Part shown: one piece after another, positions 29,398 through 38,805 of the stretch
How the letters are laid out: every line of letters begins with the position of its first letter
Numbering within the stretch: position 1 is the first letter of the stretch
Assembly (NCBI GenBank): GCA_000092065.1
Contig: CP000595.1
DNA from: Ostreococcus lucimarinus
Lineage: Eukaryota
Strand: one strand, 5' to 3'
DNA length: 64,000 nucleotides
The notes under the pieces: generated by a model
Database searches by the model: none
Told to the model about the DNA's origin: nothing
What the model saw: only the letters and a program-made list of their open reading frames with translations
Translations under genes and position numbers: made by a program

Positions 29398-29497
29398 CAT
29401 GTCGACACGCATGTCGACATATTTACCCACGCGCGTGTACGCATTGAACCCCGTGATGCATCTATATACGAAAAACGTCTCGACGCACATGTCGACA
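29398..29497. promoter_or_regulatory. three ZDRE-like palindromes (ATGTCGACAC at 29398, ATGTCGACAT at 29410 and 29488) in the promoter shared by the ZIP and LHC genes
   Basis: Exact 10-mers read from the sequence. They lie about 230-330 bp upstream of both flanking start codons. Confidence 0.5.
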
Positions 29498-29565
29498 TAT
29501 TTACCCCACGCGCGTGTACGCATTGAACCCCGTGATGCATCTATATACGAAACAGATAAATGCAC
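29408..29565. repeat. about 78-bp tandem repeat (2 copies), relatively AT-rich, carrying the ZDRE-like motifs
   Basis: catgtcgacatatttaccc(c)acgcgcgtgtacgcattgaaccccgtgatgcatctatatacgaaa occurs twice. Confidence 0.6.
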
Positions 29566-29715
29566 GAAATACACGGTGGTAAACAGACCCCGAATGCGAT
29601 GCGCACGGACGTTCGAGCGCGCAAAAAGCGCGATCGAGCGAGCGATCCGATCCGCGCGCGATCGCTCGCTCGATCGCGCGCGTCGCCACACGCCGACGAC
29701 GCGCGCGCACTCGCG

Positions 29716-30987
29716 ATGTTCAAGACGAAAGCCCCCGCGCCGAAGACGGCGGTGAAGAAATCCGCGCCGGCGAAGAAGGCGCCGGCGAAGAAGGCGCCGG
29801 CGAAGAAGGTCGCGGCGAAGAAGGCGCCCGTTCGCAAGGCGGGCGACGACGAGGTGCGACGCGAACGACGACGATCGCGACGACCGGGCGCGCGCGACGA
29901 CGCGATGGCGCGCGCGACGACGCGATTGAATGGGAAGAATATTCGCGGCGCGCGTCGGGCGGGGACGGCGCGACGCGCGGCGGGAGGGGAGACGGGAAGG
30001 CGATGGATGCGCGGACGGGGACGATATCCTGGAGATATGGTTTGACGCGCGCGACGCGGGCGCGAGACGCGAGGGCGGCGCGCGGCGCGAGACGGTCGCG
30101 AACGATCGAGAGGGAGAGAAATCGTGGACGCGCGCGCGGTGCGGGACGGATCGGCGGGTCGACGCGCGCGGTGGGCGACGCGGGAGGGCGCGACGCGAAG
30201 ACGACGAGACGACGCGAGACGGAGGACTGACGGCGAACGCTCGCGTTCTCGCGCGATAGCTCTGGCGTCCGGGTGCCGTGCGACCGGCGTGGTTGGATGG
30301 CTCTCTCCCGGGTGACCGTGGATTCGATCCGTTCAACTTGTCCAAGTGCGTGTGGCGACGTGACGCGATGCGACGCGAGCGCGCGAGACGCGTCGACGAA
30401 TCGCAGACTGACGGCGTTTGTTTCGCAGGCCGATTGAATACGTTCAATTCGATCTTGACGCTCTCGATGGCTCCGCCGCGACGAACCCGGCGGGTCGGGT
30501 GATCGGTAAGCTCAAGAAGACCGACAACAAGCCGAAGGCGCGCGCGATCGTGCCGTACGACGAGTCCTTCGACATCATGCGCTTCCGCGAGTGCGAACTC
30601 TTGCACTCTCGCTGGGCCATGCTCGGCTTGGTCGGCGCCACCGCCGCGGAAGCCGCCACGGGTATCTCCTGGGCCGACGCCGGTAAGGTTGAACTTGAAC
30701 AACCGCAATACCTCGGCTTCCCGCTCCCGGGCTTGTCCGTCGCCTCCTTGACGGCGATTGAAGTGCTCGCGATGGGTTACCTCGAAGTCGCCCGCTCGGC
30801 GGAGCTCGACCAAAACAAGCGCATGTACCCGGGCGGCGCGTTCGACCCGCTCGGCTACGTCGCCAACGCCGACGCCGAGGAGGAATTCCGCCTCAAGACG
30901 GCTGAACTCAAGCACGGTCGCTTGGCAATGGTGGGCATGTTGATCATCTCCATCGAAGCCGCGGCCGGCCACGGCGTGCTTCCGTAA
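29716..30987 (+). CDS. light-harvesting chlorophyll a/b-binding protein (Lhca-like), three exons: join(29716..29853, 30260..30345, 30429..30987)
   Basis: Exon 2 encodes the Lhca-type [29 protein letters not shown]. Exon 3 has helix 1 [16 protein letters not shown] and helix 3 [14 protein letters not shown]. The donors are GTGCGA and GTGCGT, both introns have a CTGAC branch, and the acceptors are ...gatag and ...tttcgcag. The spliced CDS is 783 nt in frame. Exon 1 is Lys/Ala-rich ([15 protein letters not shown]...). Confidence 0.7.
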
Positions 30988-31241
30988 GCGAGCGATGTGA
31001 GCTGTTGAACATCGAAGCGCGCGACGATTCAAATCCGCCGAAACTCGCGAGGGTCGACGCCGATCGCGACGCCGCGCGCGTCAATTAGCGAATCATCATC
31101 ATTTACCTTAGCACCTTCGTCATGTATCGCAGGAAGACGCACGATTAATCGCTCGACGCTTTCGCTCGTCGCGCGCGCAAACCTCGTCGTCGCGCGAGCT
31201 AACCCTCGGCGCGCACGCCCCGCACACCCGCGCGACGCACC

Positions 31242-32177
31242 ATGCTCGCGCGCGCGTGCGGCTTCCCCCGAGCGAGCGCGCGATTCTGTCACCGCGCGTC
31301 CGCGTCGTCCTCGCGCGCGTCGCGCGCGCGCGCGCGCGTCGGCGTCGCCGTTTCCGCGCGCGTCGTGGCGAACGACCGCGAACGACGCGCGTCTTTCGAC
31401 GCCGATGACGCCTCGCGCGACGGCGCGCGCGCGACGCGACGGCGCTCGAACGAACGACCGCGACGACGCGCCGTCGCGCGCGCGGCGAGCGGGACGGACG
31501 ACGAGCCACCGGCGCCGCTGTACGTCAAGATACCGCTGGGCTTCGCGTACGCGGCGCTCACGTACGCGGCGGCGTGCAACGCCTTCATGTGGACGCTCGA
31601 TCTGAGCGCGCCGATCATCGAGGGACCGACGAGCTTGGTGGTTGGACGACTGTGCGTCGCCCTCGGGGCGACGCTGCTCGCGGGATTGAACTTTTGGCCG
31701 CAGGCGGAGAAACAGTTGGGACGGTGCGCGCGAACGTTCGCGTCGAAGGAATCGAGCGAACGATTAAAGGCGGACGCCGCGAAGTTCGCCGCCATGGTCG
31801 CGATGAAGATGGGGTTTGAGTTTTACGCGTATTGGAAGGCGCTGACGTCGTTCACGCCGTGCAGTCAATCGCTCGAGTTGCCGGCGTGGTACGGGTTGGC
31901 GTTCGTCGGGCACGCGACCTTCGTCGCCGCGAGCTCAAAGATTCTCGGCCCGGGCGGCGCGTCCACGGAGGACGTGCCGTTACAGATGCGCAAACTCATC
32001 GGCGGGTTCGATGTTTTGCTGGCGTTGGCGTGCGTGGGGACGAGTAAGCTCGCGATGGCTGGGTACGGCGTTCCGAGCGCGGCGCTCGGTTTCGTCTTCA
32101 TGCTCGCCGCGACGTACTTTACGTTTGAAAACAAGCTCCCATCCAAAAAGACGCCGAGTTCCGGCGCCGCGGCGTGA
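31242..32177 (+). CDS. hypothetical membrane protein with organellar-type presequence
   Basis: An Arg/Ser/Ala-rich N-terminus is followed by at least 5 hydrophobic segments. No family was recognised. Confidence 0.45.
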   Translation: MLARACGFPRASARFCHRASASSSRASRARARVGVAVSARVVANDRERRASFDADDASRDGARATRRRSNERPRRRAVARAASGTDDEPPAPLYVKIPLGFAYAALTYAAACNAFMWTLDLSAPIIEGPTSLVVGRLCVALGATLLAGLNFWPQAEKQLGRCARTFASKESSERLKADAAKFAAMVAMKMGFEFYAYWKALTSFTPCSQSLELPAWYGLAFVGHATFVAASSKILGPGGASTEDVPLQMRKLIGGFDVLLALACVGTSKLAMAGYGVPSAALGFVFMLAATYFTFENKLPSKKTPSSGAAA

Positions 32178-32304
32178 CGCCCTTCGCGAATCTATTCGCG
32201 CCTCGAACACGTAGCACACCATTGTTAGAACACCCGAGACGATCGTCTTCTCGCGCGTCTCGCCCGCGTCGCCGCACTCGCGCGCTCGCCCTCGCGTCGC
32301 CCCC

Positions 32305-33474
32305 ATGCGCGTCCCCAGCGCCGCGAAAAACATTCGCAACGCCGCCGCCCGGCTTCTCAGCGCCGAACCACCGCCTTCGGTCGCGTCCTCGGTCGTCGAT
32401 CCGTTCGCGCTCCCTCCCGTGGACGTCGCCTACGACGTCGAGAGCGCCGAGCGCGCGCTCGCCCTGCGCGGCTTCGCGCCCTCCGCGGCGCCCGGAGCGC
32501 CGCGTTTCATCGGTTTCGACGTCGAGACGAAGCCGAATTTCACGAAAAACGTCGCCAACGTCAACGCGCCGGCGCTGGTGCAGCTGGCGAACGAGCGCGG
32601 GTGCGTGCTGGTGCACCTGGCGAGCATGCGCGGGGAGACGCCGCCGACGCTGCGAGCGCTGTGCGAGGACGCGGGGTCGATATTCGTCGGGAACGGGGTG
32701 TGGTCGGACATGCGGGACGTCGACTGGGCGTTCGGGACGAAATCGCGAGGGTACGTCGACGTGGGGGTGATCGCGCAGACGTTTGGACACTCGAGACACG
32801 GGTTGAAGGCGATGAGCGCGAGATACGGATACGACGCCGAAAAGCCGAAATCCGTGCAGACGTCGAATTGGGAAAAAAGCCCCCTGGAGGCGAAGCAGAT
32901 CGATTACGGGGCGAAGGACGCGGCGTTGGGGTTGTGGGTGCTGAAACAGTTGTACGCGGAGTACGCGGGAGGGGAGGTGTCGCTCGAGGATTGGGCGATG
33001 GCGTTTGGAAACGCGTCGCAGCCGAAGGAGGCGTTTCGGTCGGCGCGAGCGAACGCGAAGACGACGCCGGAGTGCGTGATGAAGGCGTTCGAGAGATTCG
33101 ATCAGAAGAATCGAGAGTTGGTGAAAGAGGCGTGGTTGGTTCGTCAGATGAAAAAGGCCCAGCGCGTCGTGAAACAGATGGCGGAGGGCGCGTTGCATCC
33201 GGTGAGCGCGACGCACGCGTTGATGGATATTTTGCATGCGCCCAAGTCGAAGCGCAAAGTCGTCGAGTGGGTGGGAAGTGGTAGTAAAGGTGGCGGACTG
33301 TTCGAGATCGAGCTCAAACTGGGCTCGTCCGTGCGCGCGCGCGGTGAAGGGCGCACGGTGAAGGCGGCGAAATTCGAAGCCGCTCGAGGCGCGTTCGCCG
33401 CCTTAAAAGACGGGGACGCCGCCGACGCGACGATTTGGATCAAGCGCGAGTTAGAGCACGCTTGGTCGCAGTAG
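32305..33474 (+). CDS. DEDDy 3'-5' exonuclease-domain protein (WRN-exo/RNase D-like) with dsRBD-like C-terminus
   Basis: Exo I FIGFDVETKP, VQLANERGCVLVH and Exo III YGAKDAALGLWVLKQLY are present. The C-terminus GGGLFEIELK...AAKFEAARGAFAAL is dsRBM-like. Confidence 0.7.
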   Translation: MRVPSAAKNIRNAAARLLSAEPPPSVASSVVDPFALPPVDVAYDVESAERALALRGFAPSAAPGAPRFIGFDVETKPNFTKNVANVNAPALVQLANERGCVLVHLASMRGETPPTLRALCEDAGSIFVGNGVWSDMRDVDWAFGTKSRGYVDVGVIAQTFGHSRHGLKAMSARYGYDAEKPKSVQTSNWEKSPLEAKQIDYGAKDAALGLWVLKQLYAEYAGGEVSLEDWAMAFGNASQPKEAFRSARANAKTTPECVMKAFERFDQKNRELVKEAWLVRQMKKAQRVVKQMAEGALHPVSATHALMDILHAPKSKRKVVEWVGSGSKGGGLFEIELKLGSSVRARGEGRTVKAAKFEAARGAFAALKDGDAADATIWIKRELEHAWSQ

Positions 33475-33527
33475 AAGTGTTGTAGTGGCATTTTGTACAA
33501 AACTATTGAAACTATTGGATGAACGCG

Positions 33528-35228
33528 TTACACCAGTGAGTTTCCATCCGGGCGACCGTACATCATCGGCGCGTTCGGCGTTTGGAACACGACGCCCGGA
33601 TCCGACCGGGCGGTCGGCGGCGGACGCTGCGCTCGCTGCGCCGCCGCCACCGCGACGTCGGGCGCCCTCGTCTTTTCCGTGACCTCGTCGTAGATGGCGA
33701 CAATTTCGGGCTTGGTGATCATGTTCTCGTCCTTGTCTCGGGCGTAGCAAATGAACACGGCGTCGATGCACGTCAAGAGGACGGAGAACAAAAATGACAA
33801 AATCACAATCGAAGAGACGCCCGCGCACGCGCCGACAATTGCACCGACGTTGTGAGCCAAATCATCGTCACCGGTTGATACTTGCACACCTACGTGCACG
33901 GAAATCCCCACGACGACGCCGTAGAAGATGGCGAAGAAGAGCGCGGTCATGTTCAAAATCATCTCCGGTAACCACCACACGCGCAGGGCGCTCAAAAAGT
34001 TATCCTTCAGCAATCGCGTGACTTCGCGACCGGATTCCAACAACGATTCACCCGTGATGGCGCACTGGATGGTCGCAAACTTGGTGATGGTTTCAATGAT
34101 TTCGGCGATACAGTCCATGACGGCGGTGACGATGCACGCAAGAATAGCCATGAAGCCGCGCGATTCGCGTCGCAATCTTTCATTCAAGTTGCGCAAAATG
34201 GTCACACCTGTCAAAACTAACCCGCCGAACGCCAACGAGCCGAACGATGCGCCGAAGGCGTGGCCGATGAACTCGCGCGTCGTTCCCACGAACGCCGTCG
34301 TTCCCGCCGGGGCAAAGTACCAGCGCGAGATTGACCCGCCGATGACGAATGTGCGCATCTCCGCCGCGATCATGTGTGACCAGAGCCACACGAGCAAGGC
34401 GAAAACGACGTACGGGCCCACCCAGCTGTCGGTTTGCCATTCGCAACACGGAACGACTTCCTCGCCGTAGTAGCATTTCCCGCCAGTGTAGTGCTCGTAA
34501 TCGCTCGGCGCGATCGAGCCGTTCATGTACGCCCCCCACACGCACGTGAAAAACATGATCGAGGACACGATGACGGCCAAACCGGCGAAGACGCTCGTGG
34601 TGATGAGATGAGGATTATCCTTCAACGCCGTCGACGCGGCGCCGAGAAGCTTCGCGACGAGCTCCACCCGGTCGCGCGTCGCGTGCATCCAATACGCGAA
34701 AAACGCAGCGAACAACGCGAACAGAATACACGGAAACGCCATCCTTTCAATCGCGAACGCGATCGACAACGCGAAGCAACTTCCGATTTTCACGTAAATC
34801 ATCGACCACGTGGCGAATCGAGGGTGTCGCTTAAACGCCGTCAAAGCCAACGCTCCCATCGCGCACGCCCCGAGCATCGCCATCACGACGTACGGTCTCG
34901 CCTTCGTCAACGCCGTCGCCGCGTCTTCGTCCGCGCCGTCCTCCAACAGCGTCCTTCGTCGCGCGCCGACGCCGTTCGCCGCGTGACAACTCTCGTACTT
35001 GTTCAGCGTCTCCGCCTCCGTCAACACGTGCGCGTCCGCGGAGACGCGCGAGAGCGCCAAAAGTCCGCACAGGATCGTCACCGCGAGCGACGTCGCGAAC
35101 GCGCGCTTGAACGCGACGTCGCGGTGCGGTCGCGCGGCGAGATTTCCGTCGTTTTCATTCGCGATTTCGTGACGTTCCGACGACGTAAAGAGCGCGCTGT
35201 CGTCGTCCTCGCGCGCGTGGTCGGCCAT
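33528..35228 (-). CDS. choline transporter-like (CTL/SLC44) family membrane protein
   Basis: About 10 TM segments, with blocks typical of the family (WYFAPAG, FGSLAFGGLVLTGV, ITKFATIQCAITGE). Start is taken at MADHARED because the ORF-track start overlaps the upstream gene. Confidence 0.8.
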   Translation of the reverse strand: MADHAREDDDSALFTSSERHEIANENDGNLAARPHRDVAFKRAFATSLAVTILCGLLALSRVSADAHVLTEAETLNKYESCHAANGVGARRRTLLEDGADEDAATALTKARPYVVMAMLGACAMGALALTAFKRHPRFATWSMIYVKIGSCFALSIAFAIERMAFPCILFALFAAFFAYWMHATRDRVELVAKLLGAASTALKDNPHLITTSVFAGLAVIVSSIMFFTCVWGAYMNGSIAPSDYEHYTGGKCYYGEEVVPCCEWQTDSWVGPYVVFALLVWLWSHMIAAEMRTFVIGGSISRWYFAPAGTTAFVGTTREFIGHAFGASFGSLAFGGLVLTGVTILRNLNERLRRESRGFMAILACIVTAVMDCIAEIIETITKFATIQCAITGESLLESGREVTRLLKDNFLSALRVWWLPEMILNMTALFFAIFYGVVVGISVHVGVQVSTGDDDLAHNVGAIVGACAGVSSIVILSFLFSVLLTCIDAVFICYARDKDENMITKPEIVAIYDEVTEKTRAPDVAVAAAQRAQRPPPTARSDPGVVFQTPNAPMMYGRPDGNSLV

Positions 35229-35389
35229 CGCCGCGTTCGACGTTCGCGGTTCGTTCGCCTCGCGCGCGGTCGCGACGAGGCGCGACGCGCGCGGTCGCGA
35301 CGAGGCGCGAAGTGACGCGAGGGCACCAGATCCAGAGTCGCCGGCGCCGCGGGTGCCGAGTTTACGCAAACGCCGCGACGGCGCGTGGA

Positions 35390-36409
35390 TTACAACGTCG
35401 GCGCCGAGGAGGAGCGCTTTTCTAAGAACGGCGCGGTTTCGCCGAGCGTCGCGCGACGCTCGGCGAGGTGCTCGCGGACGGTGATGTTGTCTAAAGCCTT
35501 GGCGTGATTGAAGGCGACGAAACCGGCGGTGGCGACGGCGTAGCCGACGATTTCGGTGACGCTCACCTCGTCGCCGTATAAGAACATGGCGGCGCCGATG
35601 ACGGCAACGTTCTTCAATTGTGACATCGTCTTCACCATGAGCGATCCCGCGTGTTTGACGACGCCGAGGCAGACGTAATTGACGGCGAAGCCGAACGTCG
35701 CGCAAATAAAGAATAGGTACCAATACCGGGTAAACGTGGCGATATTTTCGGTGCGAAACAATTCCTCGCGCTCGAAAATCAAGCTCAACGCCATCAAAAA
35801 CACTAACGTCGCCGGGGAGAAGTAATACATCCCGTTGAACAGCGAAAACTTTTTGTTGCTGATCAAGTATTGAATCCCGACGCTCCTAAACGCCTCGGCG
35901 ATTTCCGCCGTCAGCATGCACGCCAAACCAAACATCGTCACGTGCGCCTCTCCCCACGCCGCGATGAAACATCCTATCATCACCACGCTCAACGTGGCGA
36001 TGATTCTGCCGCTCCATCGGTCTAAACCGAACGCCACCAAAGTGAAATAGCACACCACCGGCGCGAACGCCTTGAGCATCTGAATAAACGACAGCGACAA
36101 ATACGAATACGCCACGTTCGCCGCCGCGAGCGACAGCGCGGTGCAAAACCCGATCGGCAGTATGTTCGCCGTCCACTCCCTCGCGCTCAACCGGTGCGAC
36201 ATGCGCTTCGGGTCGAGTTTTATCGCCGCCGCCGCGACCCCCCAGCCGAACCAGCTCCCCAGCGAGCTCACGAACACCGGGCAGTTGAACGACGTCTCCG
36301 TGATCAGGTGCTTATTCGCCAGGATCAACACCGTGGCGACGAGCAGATACGCCACCGCGTACGCCATCGCGTACGCCGCGCCCTCCTCGCCGTACGTCGA
36401 CAGTTCCAT
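35390..36409 (-). CDS. triose-phosphate/nucleotide-sugar transporter family (DMT superfamily) protein
   Basis: 10-TM EamA-like topology. FIQMLKAFAPV and VKHAGSLMVKTMSQLKNV are typical of TPT/NST proteins. Confidence 0.8.
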   Translation of the reverse strand: MELSTYGEEGAAYAMAYAVAYLLVATVLILANKHLITETSFNCPVFVSSLGSWFGWGVAAAAIKLDPKRMSHRLSAREWTANILPIGFCTALSLAAANVAYSYLSLSFIQMLKAFAPVVCYFTLVAFGLDRWSGRIIATLSVVMIGCFIAAWGEAHVTMFGLACMLTAEIAEAFRSVGIQYLISNKKFSLFNGMYYFSPATLVFLMALSLIFEREELFRTENIATFTRYWYLFFICATFGFAVNYVCLGVVKHAGSLMVKTMSQLKNVAVIGAAMFLYGDEVSVTEIVGYAVATAGFVAFNHAKALDNITVREHLAERRATLGETAPFLEKRSSSAPTL

Positions 36410-36469
36410 CGCTTCGTCGTGTCAACACCCTCAGCGCGTTCGCGCGTTCGCGCCGCGCGTCGATCGCCG

Positions 36470-36550
36470 ACGATTCGCGCGATTCGCGCGATTCGCGATT
36501 CGCGATTCGCGTCGTCGCGTCGTCGCGTCGTCGCGTCGTCGCGTCGTCGC
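36470..36550. repeat. microsatellites (gattcgc)n and (gtcgtcgc)n
   Basis: Read from the sequence, in a 750-bp intergenic region. Confidence 0.6.
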
Positions 36551-37238
36551 GACGCGCGCGCGAGTGTCGATTCGCGTCGCGTTTGACGCGCGCGTCGGTG
36601 CGCGCCGAACCGAATCGTCAGACATGCGCGCGACGCCCGCGATTCGCGCGCTCCCGTCGGCGTCGGCGCGCGCGTCGGCGAGCGCGTCGGCGCCTCGCGC
36701 GGTCGATCGCGCGCGACGCGCGGTTCGATCGACGGCGCGCGGCGCGAGAGACGGCGCGCGAGCGATGGCGGCGGCGACGCGCGTGTCGCGCGCGACGGCG
36801 CGAGAGAGCGCGAGAGGTGCGCGCGCGCTCGCGAGAGGGACGTGGGACGACGCGCGCGCGATTCGCGCGCTCGCGGGCGACGAACGGCGCGCGGGCGGCG
36901 CGGGGAGGGGGCGCGGGGTGGTGAGCGCGAGCGCGGCGAGCGGCGCGAGCGGCGCGAGCGAGCGAGAGGTGCGAGAAGGAGGGGGAGAGCGATCGCGCGC
37001 GAGATCTCGAACGCCGATGATGCTTAATACTGCGTTATCTTCCTTATTAGAGCGCCGCGACGGGTCTCTCGGGGCGCGGGCGCGGCGAAATCTGTGAGGC
37101 AACTCAACAACTACCTGAGGCGTTTGAGGTCGAGCGAGTTTTGATTTTAAGTTTTTTTTTGTGTTTTGGGCGGTCGAGAGGCGCGGACGAGGCGCGCGCG
37201 CGCTAGAGACTGACGATTCGCGTGCGTTTCTTGCGCAG

Positions 37239-38717
37239 ATCGCTTCGGCGCAGACGGTGCACGCGAAGGTGCGGTGGGCGCTGAAGAATTTGGGATTCGA
37301 GACGCTGACGGAGATTCAAGCCGCCGCGGTGCCGGCGGCGGCGGAGAACAGCGACGTTGTCATCGCGGCGGAGACTGGGAGCGGTAAAACCTTGAGTTAT
37401 TTGATTCCGATTTGGAGTAATCTCCTCGAGCGCGGCGTCGGAGGACGAGACGACGACGACGGCTCGCGCGAGACGGGGGCGTTGATTTTATGCCCGAACG
37501 CGACGCTGTGCGAACAAGTCGCGCGCGTCGCGAATTCGCTCGTCGACGAGGGCACGGGCGAACCGCTGTTGCGAACGTACGCGCTGACGCCGGAAACGGG
37601 AACGCCGTTTCACGCCCCGGACGTGTACGTCACCACGCCGGCGCGCGCGGTGGACGACTTGTTACGATTTCGCGAGGGCGCGTGGCGACGCGGCTCGTTC
37701 AGTCCGACGGCGCGCACGCTTCGGCACGTCGTCTTCGACGAGGCCGACATGTTGTTTTCGGGAGGGTACTTGAAACCGCTCCGCATGTGCTTCGACGTGC
37801 TGTATCGCGAAGAAAAGCTCGCGAGCGAGGGGTTTTACCTCCCGGGCACTGGGAACGAGGACGCCGCCGCGGAGTGGGACGGCGACGTCGATCGCGACGC
37901 GTCGTCGTTCGAGCGGGATTGGCGCAAAGACCACGACGGCCCGCGGAAGCGTGGACCAGCGCTCGGAGGCAAGGGTAAAGTTGGTTTAGGTGACGGTAGA
38001 GACTTTAGACGACAGTACATCTTCGCCGCGGCGACGGTGATGAGCAACGGGAAGAAGACGCCGGGGGCGATGATCAAGTACGGCTTCCCTGACGCCAAGT
38101 GGATCGAGGGACGACGATTACACCGCTCCGTGGAGAGCGTGAATCAGACGTGGGTGGAAGCGACTTTGGAAACGCGCGCCATGGCGCTCGCGGACGCCGT
38201 CGGATTGACGTCCGCCGGCGCTTCGGCGGAGAAGACTATGATTTTCGTCAACACCGCGGCGGCGGCGGATGAAATCGCTCGCGAGTTCAACGCGCTCGGC
38301 TTGCGCGCCGCCGCGTTCCACGCCGACATGGCTTCGCACGAACGCGCCATGCGCCTGAAAGATTTCGCCGACGGCGTCATCACGGCGTTGGTGTGCACGG
38401 ACAGCGCGGCTCGAGGCGTGGACATTCCGGGCGTGACGCACGTCGTCCAAGCCGAATTCGCGGGCAACGCCGTCGATTATCTCCATCGCATCGGCCGCAC
38501 CGCGCGCGCGGGCGCTACCGGTCGCGTCACAAACATATGTTTACCCGGAAGCGCCGATCTCGTACGCGCCGTGCGCGACGCCGAGGCGAACGGCGATCCC
38601 GTCGAGAGCGCGTTCAGCCGAAAGCGATCGTTTCGCAAAAAAACCAAAAAATACGGCCCGTCCAGAAAAGGCGTCGCCGATCTCTCCCTCAGGCGCGCCC
38701 GCGATCAACGTTCGTAA
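37239..38717 (+). CDS. DEAD-box ATP-dependent RNA helicase (main exon); probably an upstream exon at about 36624..36968
   Basis: Q motif TEIQ, motif I AETGSGKT, DEAD motif FDEADML, SAARGVDIP and HRIGRTARAG are present. The ORF has no ATG before the DEAD box. An intron 3' end (CTGAC...tttcttgcgcag) lies immediately upstream of IASAQTVHAK. A candidate first exon encodes an Ala/Arg-rich presequence starting MRATPAIRALPS, with GTGAGC or GTGCGA donors. Confidence 0.85.
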   Translation: MASAQTVHAKVRWALKNLGFETLTEIQAAAVPAAAENSDVVIAAETGSGKTLSYLIPIWSNLLERGVGGRDDDDGSRETGALILCPNATLCEQVARVANSLVDEGTGEPLLRTYALTPETGTPFHAPDVYVTTPARAVDDLLRFREGAWRRGSFSPTARTLRHVVFDEADMLFSGGYLKPLRMCFDVLYREEKLASEGFYLPGTGNEDAAAEWDGDVDRDASSFERDWRKDHDGPRKRGPALGGKGKVGLGDGRDFRRQYIFAAATVMSNGKKTPGAMIKYGFPDAKWIEGRRLHRSVESVNQTWVEATLETRAMALADAVGLTSAGASAEKTMIFVNTAAAADEIAREFNALGLRAAAFHADMASHERAMRLKDFADGVITALVCTDSAARGVDIPGVTHVVQAEFAGNAVDYLHRIGRTARAGATGRVTNICLPGSADLVRAVRDAEANGDPVESAFSRKRSFRKKTKKYGPSRKGVADLSLRRARDQRS

Positions 38718-38805
38718 TGATTGTACATTTTATTTTCCGACGCGCCGCCGACTGAAAACTCCTTGAACGCGCCGACCGCACACGCCCGCGCACCGCGCCG
38801 CGGAG

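Noticed and set aside
36141-37097. 318-aa ORF 36141..37097 as a gene in its own right
   Set aside because: Its first half is antisense to the TPT transporter. Only the segment from the ATG at 36624 is kept, as a possible first exon of the downstream helicase.
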